Assembly (NCBI GenBank): GCA_021371855.1
Contig: JAJFVL010000061.1
Location: 23,413 to 87,412 of the forward strand
Length of the DNA: 64,000 nucleotides
Reading direction: 5' to 3'
Origin: Bacteroidales bacterium
Lineage (GTDB): Bacteria > Bacteroidota > Bacteroidia > Bacteroidales > VadinHA17
Shown here: positions 1 to 10,508 of the stretch, piece by piece
Layout: each line of letters begins with the position of its first letter
How positions within the stretch are numbered: position 1 is the stretch's first letter
Made by a program: the position numbers and the translations under genes
Notes under the pieces: model-generated
What the model was told of the DNA's origin: nothing
Seen by the model: the letters and a program-made list of their open reading frames with translations, nothing else
The model's database searches: none

Positions 1-1296
1 AAAAACAATGATACCTACAGCACACGGAAAAATGTATCCTCCATCCCTGATTATATTATTGTGAATAGTGATATTATTAGTGATTTCATTCTGGTCGGGA
101 CGGATAACTGTTTCTCCGATTTTAACGCCTCCGGCTCCAAGATCGTGCATATAGCACTGGTTTACAAGGCAGTTGCTGCATGCCCGTCTGAACCAGAAAG
201 CATAGTTGCCGGTGTGCGCAATTTCACAATTTTTGAATTCAATGTTATTGGCAAAGTCGAGTGTCATCACGGCATCGACAGGTGCAGCTGCCTGTGCCGG
301 CTCATTTCCCGCGGGAGGTGTCTGATAACCTGCAACTTCGAAAGTAAGGTTTTCAAACCGGATGTTCTCAACTCTTTTACCAGCCGACATATCACCCTGT
401 ACAACAATAAATTCCTTTATTACAGGAGCAACAAATGATGTGTTTTCAATTGTTTCGCCTTCCTTTGGTATATAATATAAATATCCCGACCTTTCAAGAA
501 ACCATTCACCGGGTGAATCAAGGGCAGCTTTATAATTATCAACATAATAACGGGTTTTGTTGTCCAGCGGGTTCCATGGTTTCATTCCGCCCCCGACAGT
601 AAAAATTGCAGAAGAATTCTCATCAAAACTGATAATACGTTTTCTTGTATTGTCCCACTTGTGATAAAAAGTCACCAGGGCGTCCTGAAAATCAGCGGAA
701 ATAAACGACTTAAAACATTTTGCATCAGTACTGTCAAGCCCAATTTTCTGAACCGCCAGTTCCGGAGATCTGCCTTCACCTTTTTTGAGGACTGTTTCGG
801 TTACATTTTTAATGAAGTAAAATCCTTCGTTCGGAGTTCTGGCTCTTACAGCCCTGCGACCATTAACATAAAGCTGTTCAAAATATGAGTTATAATATGC
901 AACCTGAGGTACAAATAACCTCCATAGTTTTTCATTGATTTTTTCGAATCCGTCAAGTTTTATGCCACCTCTGAAAACAGCCTTTGTTCCTTTTTCAGCT
1001 TTAAAAATCAAAGGAAAATCTGCAGTTCCTCCATCATCACTATTCAACATTAAAGGCTGAAGCATAAAATATTCTCCTTCAAGAGCAATGATTTCAACCG
1101 GTTTGCCAACCTGATTGCTCTTCCGGTACTCCCGGGCTCTGTCACGGGCTGCTGTCAAACTTGCAAGTGGTTTTTCGATTGTTCCGGGATTATTATCTTT
1201 TCCTGCCGGAGAAAGATAAAACTTCTGGGAAGAAGCCAGGTTCTGTCCGGAAACTAAAATTATAATTACCAGGCTTATAATCAATTGAGTTTTCAT
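1..1296 (-). CDS. Secreted right-handed parallel beta-helix repeat protein (N-terminal 432 codons; C-terminus runs off the left window edge)
   Basis: Absent from the ORF track because it has no stop in the window. Manual reverse translation from ATG (1296-1294) gives an uninterrupted frame: MKTQLIISLVIIILVSGQNLASSQKFYLSPAGKDNNPGTIEKPL...ENIRFENLTFEVAG...NNIEFKNCEIAHTG...NNITIHNNIIRDGGYIFPCAVGIIVF. It has a signal peptide plus beta-helix-type 'N-I-x-F/I-x-N' repeats. The + ORFs 61..438 and 661..888 are antisense shadows. Confidence 0.6.
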   Translation of the reverse strand, partial: MKTQLIISLVIIILVSGQNLASSQKFYLSPAGKDNNPGTIEKPLASLTAARDRAREYRKSNQVGKPVEIIALEGEYFMLQPLMLNSDDGGTADFPLIFKAEKGTKAVFRGGIKLDGFEKINEKLWRLFVPQVAYYNSYFEQLYVNGRRAVRARTPNEGFYFIKNVTETVLKKGEGRSPELAVQKIGLDSTDAKCFKSFISADFQDALVTFYHKWDNTRKRIISFDENSSAIFTVGGGMKPWNPLDNKTRYYVDNYKAALDSPGEWFLERSGYLYYIPKEGETIENTSFVAPVIKEFIVVQGDMSAGKRVENIRFENLTFEVAGYQTPPAGNEPAQAAAPVDAVMTLDFANNIEFKNCEIAHTGNYAFWFRRACSNCLVNQCYMHDLGAGGVKIGETVIRPDQNEITNNITIHNNIIRDGGYIFPCAVGIIVF

Positions 1297-1467
1297 GCTA
1301 TGTGTTTATATTTTTTTATAAGCTATTTAATTTACAAATGAAAAACAATAATTAAAGACTCTTTTAACAACACCTGACAAATGCAATACATTATCGGACA
1401 TATTTGAATTAGTATACACCCTGGAGATGAATTCAATCACACCCCGGATGACCTCCGGAATTGAATA

Positions 1468-2865
1468 TCAGTGCGAAGCAAACATTTCCTCATAATGTGG
1501 TATGGGATCAAAAATACCGCCGCCTGTTTTATAAAACTCATTATTAAGTTCATAAATTCCTTGTTTAATGTTCACCCAGGGAGCATCCTTACGCGGATAG
1601 TAGCCCTTCATTGTATTCCAGTTCTTATAATTCTGATGTCCATTGCTTTCCACAAGGCCAAGATTACCGATCCCGGGAAAAGAAGCAAGACGTGCTGCTA
1701 CATTTTTATTCCATTCTACCAATACCGGATTAACCGTCAGATCAGCACAGAAGCACGGGATATTATGTTCATAAGAGGCCTGAGCTATCTTCATGGTCAT
1801 ACTCAGGGTTTTAGCAATTGCTTTTAGTGCAACAGCTTTGTACCCCATCTGGATACGTTTTAAAGCATCTTCCACAGTATGAGCACTTTCATCAGCAGCT
1901 AAACGGACCGGAATATCATTCACATCAATCTCGACCTCTTCTGCAAACGGCTCTTCGATAATGGCAATCTGATCGAATGCACCAATTTTTCTGGCGTGAT
2001 CGAGTAGTTTGAGCAATGTTTCCTTTTTCTCATATCGCCCGTTAGCATCAAAATAATATGGCAGCTTCCCATTTCTAGTATAAGCAGTTTTTACATTGCC
2101 AATAGCATTATGGATAGAGGTCAGCCTTGCCTTATCTTTTTCGAGCATTTCCTCCTGCGTGCCCGGCTGACCAATTTTTATTTTCATAAAAAAGTAGCCC
2201 TGATCAGCAGCAGCCTTAATCTCTTCAATTGGAATGGCATAAGCCATCAGGGGGATACCTGCAATCTTATCATGTTTATGTGATAACGCAGGTTTGTAGG
2301 CTGAAGGAATAATATCATCGAATGTTGTGAGCCCATTCTCCTTTGCATATAAAAGCCAGGCTGCATTGTCAACACCAACGAGAGCATTCAGGGCAAAAGT
2401 TTTCCGGAGATTCGGGTTTGACGTGATTTTCTTACCATATTCATAAACCTCAGGATACAATGAATCAATTAATTCAACAGGTGTGACAAAGCTCTGACCA
2501 TTAATTATCTGCATAGCTTTTTCCGTCATGGCATACATAAGTGCATTGCCACCGCTTTCAGAATGAGTTGAAAATATCTGTGCATCTGACCAAAGTACGC
2601 TTTGGGTACATATTCCTATTGAATGTTTTCCAGAATCACTTTCGATATAAGAGGCTGACTGCCATATTTCACGCATATATCCACCTTTAAAGCCAAAAGG
2701 CCGGATAAGCGGTTCCCGTTCAAAATTAGTGCTTACTTTGGAAATCCTGATGGTTTTTAGTGTAACCGGTTTGCTCCCGGATGCAAGATAATCAAGAGGA
2801 CTGGCAATAACGGCTGCGCCAGCTGCAGCTACAGTTGAGATGAATTCACGTCTGTTATGCTTCAT
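1468..2865 (-). CDS. Enolase-superfamily enzyme (mandelate racemase/muconate lactonizing enzyme-like) with twin-arginine signal
   Basis: N-terminal 'NRREFISTVAAAGAAVIASPL' is a Tat-type signal. Barrel motifs occur in family order: 'FMKIKIG' (KxK), 'YYFDANGRY', 'IAIIEEPF', 'LAADES' (D/E/D metal-ligand pattern). Confidence 0.6.
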   Translation of the reverse strand: MKHNRREFISTVAAAGAAVIASPLDYLASGSKPVTLKTIRISKVSTNFEREPLIRPFGFKGGYMREIWQSASYIESDSGKHSIGICTQSVLWSDAQIFSTHSESGGNALMYAMTEKAMQIINGQSFVTPVELIDSLYPEVYEYGKKITSNPNLRKTFALNALVGVDNAAWLLYAKENGLTTFDDIIPSAYKPALSHKHDKIAGIPLMAYAIPIEEIKAAADQGYFFMKIKIGQPGTQEEMLEKDKARLTSIHNAIGNVKTAYTRNGKLPYYFDANGRYEKKETLLKLLDHARKIGAFDQIAIIEEPFAEEVEIDVNDIPVRLAADESAHTVEDALKRIQMGYKAVALKAIAKTLSMTMKIAQASYEHNIPCFCADLTVNPVLVEWNKNVAARLASFPGIGNLGLVESNGHQNYKNWNTMKGYYPRKDAPWVNIKQGIYELNNEFYKTGGGIFDPIPHYEEMFASH

Positions 2866-2876
2866 TTAAATATAAA

Positions 2877-4280
2877 TTAAAGTTTCCAGGGACTGCGGTA
2901 TTCATATTGAAGAAGTCTGTTAGCTGCCTCGCTGTTGGTAAATCTCTCCTTATCCGGATCCCAACGTAACCGTTCATGGGTTGCAAGAGCAATATTGGCA
3001 AGATGGGCAAATGAAGTGGAACGATGGCCGTCTTCAAGTGTGCAAAAAGGTTTTTGCCTCGATTTAATGCAGTCGAGAAAATTACGTATCAATCCCGAAG
3101 TACTGTCAGCGCTGCTTCCATCATCCAATGTCTGGTTCGGATTTTTGTATTCTTCTTCCTCAATCTGTTTCGACCATGATTGGAACTGTCCTTTTGAAGC
3201 AGGTACAATGCGGTATCCTTTTTCACTGGCATAAAGATTACCTTTTGTCCCCCGCAACTCAAGTTCCCCATATGGGAACAATTCGCCACTACAGGCTTCA
3301 TAAATGCAAAACGAAATAATCTTTTTTGAAGCAAACTCAAAGGTCACCTGCATTGTATCGGGGATATCTGCATCATGATCAAGTACATACTTGCCACCGG
3401 TTGCTGTAATGGCAACAGGAGCAACTTCCCCCATCATCCAGCGGATGGCATCCATGTAATGAACGCCCCAGTTCCCCATCTGGCTAGAGTAATCGCTCCA
3501 CCACCGGAACATATAAGGAGCGATATTATACTGATAAGGCCGATATGCGCGGGGCCCCAACCACATATCCCAGTTAAAATCCTTAGGAGGCTGTTCCGGT
3601 TTCAGTTTTCCGATACCGTCAGGAGCCATATTACTTATTCTGGCCGCACGGGCAACAGATATTTTTCCAATCTTGCCGGCAGGAATTTCCTTAGCCAGTT
3701 TCTGATATACTGTATTCCCGCGACGATTAAGTCCGACAGCTACAACCCTATCGCTGGCCTCCCATGCATTTACCATTTTACGCCCTTCAACCAGTGTATT
3801 TGTCAAAGGTTTTTCAACATAGACATCTTTTCCAGCCTTTATGGCATCGATCACCTGTATAGCATGCCAATGATCGGGAGTAGCAATACAAACTGCATCA
3901 ATATTCTTATTTTCAAGAAGTTTGCGAAAATCATTATACTTTGCAGGTTTTCCCGGAAAATTCTCGCCCATCTTTGGCACCTGCCCAGGCATGGTCTTAA
4001 GATAACGGGGATCAACCTTGCTGCGATCGCGCAACAGGTATGGTTCATAAATATCGCATAAAGCTGCAACTTCAATATCGGGTTGTTTCATAAACAGGTT
4101 TAAAAGTTGAGAGCCCCTGTTTCCTATTCCGATAAAGCCCATGTTGATTTTATCGTTGGCTCCAGGTATCCGTTTATAGCTTGCTGCGCTTAATGATGAA
4201 GCGCCAAGCGTCACTCCTGCTGTAACTATACCTGTTCTGGTTATAAACTCACGCCGGGTAGTTTTTACTTTACTATTCAT
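2877..4280 (-). CDS. Gfo/Idh/MocA-family oxidoreductase with twin-arginine signal (periplasmic sugar/glycoside dehydrogenase type)
   Basis: 'TTRREFITRTGIVTAGVTLGASS' Tat signal, 'MGFIGIGNRGSQ' Rossmann dinucleotide motif, and the 'VYVEKP' motif characteristic of the family. Confidence 0.85.
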   Translation of the reverse strand: MNSKVKTTRREFITRTGIVTAGVTLGASSLSAASYKRIPGANDKINMGFIGIGNRGSQLLNLFMKQPDIEVAALCDIYEPYLLRDRSKVDPRYLKTMPGQVPKMGENFPGKPAKYNDFRKLLENKNIDAVCIATPDHWHAIQVIDAIKAGKDVYVEKPLTNTLVEGRKMVNAWEASDRVVAVGLNRRGNTVYQKLAKEIPAGKIGKISVARAARISNMAPDGIGKLKPEQPPKDFNWDMWLGPRAYRPYQYNIAPYMFRWWSDYSSQMGNWGVHYMDAIRWMMGEVAPVAITATGGKYVLDHDADIPDTMQVTFEFASKKIISFCIYEACSGELFPYGELELRGTKGNLYASEKGYRIVPASKGQFQSWSKQIEEEEYKNPNQTLDDGSSADSTSGLIRNFLDCIKSRQKPFCTLEDGHRSTSFAHLANIALATHERLRWDPDKERFTNSEAANRLLQYEYRSPWKL

Positions 4281-4317
4281 AATAGAGGGAATTATCTAAA
4301 AGTTGAACATTACAATT

Positions 4318-5361
4318 TTACTTCACAATTGGTGTCAGTACAATATTCCGGTACTGAACCGTACCATGATCGCCCTGAAGATAAATCGGGCCTGCAGAGA
4401 ATACATCGGAAATGATAGCTCCACCTGTTGGTCCATATACCGGCTGATTATCAATGATTTTAACACCATTCAGAATTACGGTTATATGACGATCACATAA
4501 AGTAATATCAACTGACTGCCATGTACCAGCCGGTTTTTCAGCGCTTACAACAGGTTTAATCCTGCTATACACAGCTCCCATATTGTGCGAATCAAGTTCT
4601 TTTTTATAAGAGTCTAAAACCTGAATCTCATACATACCTCTCAGATAAATCCCGCTATTGCTCCCTTCAGGTACATTTACTTCAAGTTTAAGATTAAAAT
4701 CCTCAAAAACCTGTTCAGTCCTGAGGTTCCCATATCTTATATGCTCTGCACCTTCAACCTGTACAGGATTATTAGTCAATACTCCGTTTACTACTGAAAA
4801 ACCATTTTTATTCTTTTCATTGATCAGTTTCCATCCTGTTAGATCTTTGCCATTAAACAATGTTATCGGTGCTCCGAATTTAAGATTATTCATATCAGGT
4901 GCCGGAGGAGGTGCAGGCAGTTTTGTCCCGACCATGGATATGGAATCAACTCCTTTCCCATTTATGCGAGGATTAAGGAGATACCCTTTAATTTTATCTC
5001 CTTCTTTTGTTATTTCCAGCCAGTTGGTTATTGTTTGCGTGCGAACAGGATTATTGTTTCCATCAACAGAACGAACAACATTATTGTTACGGGAAACCAT
5101 CAAAATATGATCTTTTGCCAGAAAAACATTTGAGACAGGAAGCACGCTTCCTCCAACCCAAAGCAGGTCAGCATCGAGATAGTTTTTCTCCTGCCTGACC
5201 TCAAGCCAACCTACAGAGCCCCCCTGGATATCAATGGTCCATTGTCCAAAGAATTCAGAAATGTCAGTGTGCTTAACAGGTTCAGTTTTGCTTTCAACGT
5301 TACACGATGTGATTGATAAAGAAACTAAAACCATTGCTAAAATGGGAAGAGATGTTTTCAT
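4318..5361 (-). CDS. DUF1080 (3-keto-disaccharide hydrolase family) domain lipoprotein
   Basis: Lipobox 'SLSITSC'. The C-terminal half matches the DUF1080 pattern: 'LFNGKDLTGWK', 'FEDFNLKLEVNV', 'NSGIYLRGMYEIQVLDS', 'GAVYS', 'KPAGTWQSVDITL', 'ITVILNGVKI', 'IYLQGDHGTVQYRNI'. Confidence 0.7.
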   Translation of the reverse strand: MKTSLPILAMVLVSLSITSCNVESKTEPVKHTDISEFFGQWTIDIQGGSVGWLEVRQEKNYLDADLLWVGGSVLPVSNVFLAKDHILMVSRNNNVVRSVDGNNNPVRTQTITNWLEITKEGDKIKGYLLNPRINGKGVDSISMVGTKLPAPPPAPDMNNLKFGAPITLFNGKDLTGWKLINEKNKNGFSVVNGVLTNNPVQVEGAEHIRYGNLRTEQVFEDFNLKLEVNVPEGSNSGIYLRGMYEIQVLDSYKKELDSHNMGAVYSRIKPVVSAEKPAGTWQSVDITLCDRHITVILNGVKIIDNQPVYGPTGGAIISDVFSAGPIYLQGDHGTVQYRNIVLTPIVK

Positions 5362-5519
5362 AGTTCAGATTATTATGTATTAAAATCGATTATAAATAGT
5401 TTTTAAATTTAATGAAAAGTTTGAAGTGCCTAAAATTTAGAATACTTAAGTATTTTTTAAATCAAAATCACCATTTGCCGTTTTCCGGTCTCCGGTCTCC
5501 TGTTTCCGGTTCTCTTATA

Positions 5520-6554
5520 TTATTGTTCCTGCTGAGTTTTCAATACATCAGATTTATATTTTCTGTTCTCAAGGATCCTTGTATAGTTCAATCCCAGCTT
5601 ATTATTATAATCTTCATAAGATTTCTGGGCCCACTGTAACGCCGCATCCAGATCACCATTTATTTCATTGATAATAGCCATGTTATAACAAGCTCTCCCG
5701 GCAATCTTCATATTGGGATTATCTGTTTCTTTATCCCAGAGAGTTCCGGCTTCATCCCATTTCCCAAGCTGAGCTTTCCTTTTTGCTATTTTAAAATTAT
5801 TTGTTCCTTTAACATAGTAATCCCTCATAACTCTAATCTGGTATGGAAGTATTCTCAGTGCATATCCGTGACCGGCTTTGTTACTTACCTTGTTAACAGC
5901 CTCTTTTCTGCCAATAAGGGCTGCAGCAGCCAGTACGGGATTTATCCCCCTGCCTGAAAATCCTAATGACTCTTCATAAATGTATTCATCGAGAATTAAT
6001 TTGCCGACAGGATCATAAATTCTCCAGCCGGTCTTTACAATAGTTTGCATATCAGCCAGATGTTCTATGCCCGGAACTGATCCCAACGGCGTTTTTATGT
6101 CAACCTTTCTTGTAGAATAATTAATATGTGTATCCGTGTCAAATTTTTCCAGTGAAAAAAGAGCATCGGTACCTGTCTCCTTACATATCTGAGCTACAAT
6201 TTCCCAGGAGAGGGGATCAGGAAAGACCGTCAATTTAGATGTTCTGAAGTCGATGTCATTCAGCTCTTTAATTTTTGTAAACCTGCTGTTGCCCGACAAT
6301 TCGTCGGATAATCCTTTTACACTTTCGAGTGCTCCATCCTTATCGAGATCTGCACCTTCGAGCGACAGAGCCTTATCGATTACATCAATTGCCTTTGTTT
6401 TATCGGTAGGCATACTCCGGTTGATAACTCCTACACTTTTTATATAAGGCGGAATCGTGACCGGGGCCGGTTCAACAACATTAAGATATAGTTGCTGTGT
6501 TTTACAGGAGCCAAAAAAGAATGCTATTAACAGAACTAATGAATACTTCTTCAT
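5520..6554 (-). CDS. Putative lipoprotein of unknown function with TPR-like C-terminus
   Basis: Signal/lipobox 'LLIAFFFGSC'. The C-terminal helical segment 'AGRACYNMAIINEINGDLDAALQWAQKSYE' resembles a TPR. No catalytic motif recognised. Confidence 0.5.
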   Translation of the reverse strand: MKKYSLVLLIAFFFGSCKTQQLYLNVVEPAPVTIPPYIKSVGVINRSMPTDKTKAIDVIDKALSLEGADLDKDGALESVKGLSDELSGNSRFTKIKELNDIDFRTSKLTVFPDPLSWEIVAQICKETGTDALFSLEKFDTDTHINYSTRKVDIKTPLGSVPGIEHLADMQTIVKTGWRIYDPVGKLILDEYIYEESLGFSGRGINPVLAAAALIGRKEAVNKVSNKAGHGYALRILPYQIRVMRDYYVKGTNNFKIAKRKAQLGKWDEAGTLWDKETDNPNMKIAGRACYNMAIINEINGDLDAALQWAQKSYEDYNNKLGLNYTRILENRKYKSDVLKTQQEQ

Positions 6555-6645
6555 AATCTTATACCTTGTTTATTTTTATTGTGATTCATGGAATAAAAAA
6601 TAACGCTCAGGGTGTGAAGTAAAAAATAATTTGCGTGAGTCGTGT

Positions 6646-7329
6646 TCATCTTTCAATTCTTTTCACCCTGATATTCCTGATTGCTGCAATTGTTTTCCAT
6701 GAGGCTATACCGAATGGCCTTGACAGCTCAACTTCCGGACGTATTGATAATTTATGGTTCGCGGTCGGAAAAGTTATCACCTTGGCACTGTCTATCATTG
6801 CAACAATTTCTGTTTCTGATACAGAAAGACTAATACTATACCAATGGTTCTTCTCAAACTTCATCAAAGTTGTTGTACTGTTTTCCGATGCATCCTTGCC
6901 ATCGATACAGGAGAGACCAACAGTGCTTCCTCCCCAACCACCGACTATCAATGAACAGGGATCTTTTCCAACAGGAAAAGTCATTCCACAGAAGAAATCG
7001 TTTCCTTCGGTGTACATAGCTTCCAGAGTAACTTCATAGTCCATTACAGGGAAATCGCCTTTCCTGGTAATACCGGTACATCCGTCGCCCATCCCCAGGA
7101 TAATCTTATCACCAGAAACATAAACAGGACCCTGAGGACCGAAGTTGGTTATCTCCCAACCCTGAAGTGATTTTCCATCGAAAAGCAATCCGGTGTCACT
7201 CTTTACATACCTTTCAGGCTGAAAGGTTTTATGAGATGTTTGTCTGCCCGAACAGCTGATGAAAAAAATGGAACCAAGCATTATTAGTATCGGGAAGCAG
7301 ACACGCTGAAATTTAATAGATGAGGTCAT
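6646..7329 (-). CDS. DUF1080 (3-keto-disaccharide hydrolase family) domain lipoprotein
   Basis: Lipobox 'FFISCSG'. 'LFDGKSLQGWEITNFGPQGPVYVSGDKIILG' and a C-terminal '...RNIRVKRI' ending typical of DUF1080 jelly-roll proteins. Confidence 0.6.
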   Translation of the reverse strand: MTSSIKFQRVCFPILIMLGSIFFISCSGRQTSHKTFQPERYVKSDTGLLFDGKSLQGWEITNFGPQGPVYVSGDKIILGMGDGCTGITRKGDFPVMDYEVTLEAMYTEGNDFFCGMTFPVGKDPCSLIVGGWGGSTVGLSCIDGKDASENSTTTLMKFEKNHWYSISLSVSETEIVAMIDSAKVITFPTANHKLSIRPEVELSRPFGIASWKTIAAIRNIRVKRIER

Positions 7330-7347
7330 AAATAAATTATCAAATAA

Positions 7348-8622
7348 TTACTCCTCCGATTTCTTCAATTCGCGTACAGGTGTATCGAGGTTCTCAAAAT
7401 CGGGTAAAATGCTTTTATTGTCTGTTGCTTTCAATTGTTCAAGTTTTCTGCCGGCCGGCAATATCCGGCTCTCCCAAGAGCCTATTGCATCATTATAGCT
7501 TTTAAGTGCATTTTTTAATCCGTTCCCGACTTTACCGAGATGATCAGCAAAAACATTTACTCTTGTATAAAAATCCATTGCAGCATCCATGATCTGTAAT
7601 GCATTAGTGGTAATATTATGTTGCTGCCACGACATGGCCACAGATTTAAGAACCACAATCAATGTGGTTGGGGTAGCCAGAATTATTTTATTGTTTATAG
7701 CGTCTTGAAGCAAAGTTTTATCTACAGTCAGGGCTACATTTAACGCAGATTCCACTTCCATATACAATACGACAAAATCAGGGGTATTCTCAAACTGAGA
7801 CCAATATTGCTTTTTACTCAGCTTATTGATATGATCCCGCAGGTCCCTTGCATGCTTTGCAAAAAGCATATTTCTCGAATGTTCATCATCTGTTTCGAGG
7901 GCTTGCAGATATGCATCTAATGGCAACTTGGAATCAACAACAACGTGGCTGTTTCCTGGCAGGTTAATAATCATATCGGGTTTTAGAATAGAATCTTCTG
8001 ATTCGGTATAAACCTGTTCCACAAAATCACAATGTGCTGACAATCCGGAGAATTCAACAACACGTTTTAACCCGATTTCGCCCCATTTCCCTCTTACCCT
8101 GGGATTTCTAAGAGCATTGACAAGTGCACCTGTTTCTTTCTGCAGGCTTTTATTTGTGATCTGTATGTTTGACAACATTTCAGTTACCTGGCCAAAAGTT
8201 TTCTCGGAACCTTTCTCAAGTTCTTCAATCCTTTTCTTATAGCTGTCGATCGATTCTTTTACAGGTTTCAGCATCTCCTCAATAGCAGATTTTCTTTCAT
8301 CAAGATTTCCTTCAGCCTCTTTTACCTGAGTCTCAAGGTGAGTTTTTGCCAGATCTAAAAATTGTTTATTATTTATAGTCAATGCATCTGAGGCAGCCGA
8401 TTTGAAAGTATCGATCATTGCTTTTCGTACCTCTTCAAGACTATTTGCCTGTGCTTCAACCTTAGCCTGTAAAGAACTGTTCTGCCTGTTAAGTTCATTT
8501 ATCTCTTCAGCTTTCACTAATAATGCCTGCTGATGCAGGGTGTTTAAACCTGACTTTGTTAACAGATATGAAATTAAGGCTCCGGCTGATAAACCGACTA
8601 TTATGTAAATTATGATTTCCAT
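7348..8622 (-). CDS. rmuC: DNA recombination protein RmuC
   Basis: N-terminal TM helix, a long coiled-coil, then the conserved 'NPRVRGKWGEIGLKRVVEFSGL' and 'PDFVVLYM' nuclease-like core typical of RmuC. Confidence 0.85.
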   Translation of the reverse strand: MEIIIYIIVGLSAGALISYLLTKSGLNTLHQQALLVKAEEINELNRQNSSLQAKVEAQANSLEEVRKAMIDTFKSAASDALTINNKQFLDLAKTHLETQVKEAEGNLDERKSAIEEMLKPVKESIDSYKKRIEELEKGSEKTFGQVTEMLSNIQITNKSLQKETGALVNALRNPRVRGKWGEIGLKRVVEFSGLSAHCDFVEQVYTESEDSILKPDMIINLPGNSHVVVDSKLPLDAYLQALETDDEHSRNMLFAKHARDLRDHINKLSKKQYWSQFENTPDFVVLYMEVESALNVALTVDKTLLQDAINNKIILATPTTLIVVLKSVAMSWQQHNITTNALQIMDAAMDFYTRVNVFADHLGKVGNGLKNALKSYNDAIGSWESRILPAGRKLEQLKATDNKSILPDFENLDTPVRELKKSEE

Positions 8623-8731
8623 TTAAATATGCATCTATTGTCCTTCAAATTTAAAAGTTTTATGCGGAAAAGCGCGGATAAAAGTTTCATTTTACCAATT
8701 TTACTATCTTCGTAGTACATAAACATGCAAT

Positions 8732-10402
8732 ATGAAAAGGATAACGTCAGTAATTATTACAGTAATGGCCGGGACAATATTCTGGTCATGCACCTCAAAA
8801 CAGGAAAAGATGGAAAAGCGGATGAAAGAGTTTCTTTTAGTATATGAAACAAAGGTCGTACCACTTTATCGTGAATCAGCATTAACATCGTGGAATGCAA
8901 ATATCACCGGAACTGATGCCGACTGGGCATTAAGTGAAAAAAGCGCTTTTAAACTTGAGAAATGTTTTACCGACAGTAAAGCTTTTACAGAACTTAAGGA
9001 ACTGAAAGATTCAAAAGCAGTTCTCGATCCGATCCTTGCACGGCAGCTTGACCTGCTTTACAATGCCTATCTCGGAGGACAGGTAGATACTTTACTTATT
9101 GCAGAACGTATAAAGATGGAGACTGAAATAAGTAAGAAATATTCAAACTTCAGAGCAAAAATAAACAATAAAGAATTGTCCGACAATCAGATAGATGATA
9201 TCCTGAGAAACTCGACAAATAGTTCAGAACTTCAGGCAGCCTGGGAAGGACATAAAATGATCGGTCCTGTTGTTGCTGAAGATGTTATTAAACTTGTAAA
9301 ACACCGTAACCTGATAGCTCATAAACTCGGATTCGGCAATTTCCATGAGATGAGTCTGAAATTGTCAGGTCAGGACCCTGCCGAAGTGACTGCAATTTTT
9401 GATGAACTTGATAATCTTACAAGGGATAACTTTGCCCAACTGAAGAATGAAATCGATGAATATTTCTCAAAACGATACAAGATCGCACCAGCTGACATGC
9501 GTCCATGGCATTACCAGAACAGGTACTTTCAGGAAGCTCCTGAAATATATCCGGTCGATCTGGATAAATATTATTCCAAACAGGATCCTGTCAGACTCGC
9601 AGCTGCTTTTTACGATGGGATAGGATTGAATGTCGATAACATTCTTGCAAAAAGCGACCTGTATGAGAAACCGGGTAAAAACCAGCATGCGTTCAGCACC
9701 GATATTGACCGGTCAGGAGATGTCCGCACTCTTGATAATATCCGACCTGACTCCTACTGGATGAACACAATACTCCATGAGCTCGGACATGGTGTCTACT
9801 CATATTACAACGATATGACACTGCCTTTCACTCTGAGAGATGCAGCTCATACCTTTACCACTGAAGCCATTGCCGAGTTTTTTGGCAGGCTTGCAAAAGA
9901 TCCTCAATGGATGCTCAGTATGGGTATCATCGACTCTTCGGAATGTAAAAAAATATCCGATAATTGTAATAAATCACTCAGGCTTGAAATGCTTGTTTTC
10001 AGCCGATGGGCCCAGGTAATGTATCGTTTCGAAAAAGCAATGTATGAAAATCCTGATCAGGACCTGAATCAATTATGGTGGAATACAGTTGAAAAATACC
10101 AGTTGATAGCAAAACCTGAAGGACGCAATATGCCAGACTGGGCATCAAAAATTCATGTTGCCCTCTATCCTTGTTATTACCACAACTACCTTCTTGGGGA
10201 GCTGCTGGCTTCACAATTCCACAACTACATCACCACCAATATAACTAAAAACCAATCATTTGTCGGAGAAAAAGCTGTCGGGACATATTTCAGAAAAAAT
10301 GTATTTATGCCAGGTGCCAGGTTTTACTGGAATGATATGATCGAAAAGGCTACGGGGGAGAAGCTGACTGCAAAATACTATGCTAAACAGTTTGTCAAGT
10401 AA
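8732..10402 (+). CDS. M2-family (ACE-like) zinc peptidyl-dipeptidase, lipoprotein
   Basis: 'FWSC' lipobox and HExxH 'LHELGHGVY'. ACE-like N-terminal signatures 'SWNANITGTD' and 'ELQAAWEGHKMIG'. Confidence 0.6.
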   Translation: MKRITSVIITVMAGTIFWSCTSKQEKMEKRMKEFLLVYETKVVPLYRESALTSWNANITGTDADWALSEKSAFKLEKCFTDSKAFTELKELKDSKAVLDPILARQLDLLYNAYLGGQVDTLLIAERIKMETEISKKYSNFRAKINNKELSDNQIDDILRNSTNSSELQAAWEGHKMIGPVVAEDVIKLVKHRNLIAHKLGFGNFHEMSLKLSGQDPAEVTAIFDELDNLTRDNFAQLKNEIDEYFSKRYKIAPADMRPWHYQNRYFQEAPEIYPVDLDKYYSKQDPVRLAAAFYDGIGLNVDNILAKSDLYEKPGKNQHAFSTDIDRSGDVRTLDNIRPDSYWMNTILHELGHGVYSYYNDMTLPFTLRDAAHTFTTEAIAEFFGRLAKDPQWMLSMGIIDSSECKKISDNCNKSLRLEMLVFSRWAQVMYRFEKAMYENPDQDLNQLWWNTVEKYQLIAKPEGRNMPDWASKIHVALYPCYYHNYLLGELLASQFHNYITTNITKNQSFVGEKAVGTYFRKNVFMPGARFYWNDMIEKATGEKLTAKYYAKQFVK

Positions 10403-10508
10403 TTGTTGAAATGTTCAATGTATAAATGATTGTTGCATCAATGATTAACATTGGATATACTAATCAAGCTACTGAATTTCAATAATTTAATCTAATAAAT
10501 ATAAGAAA

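Noticed and set aside
3375-4061. 228-aa + strand ORF and other ORFs overlapping 2877..4280
   Set aside because: They are antisense or out of frame relative to the well-supported Gfo/Idh/MocA gene and have no motifs.
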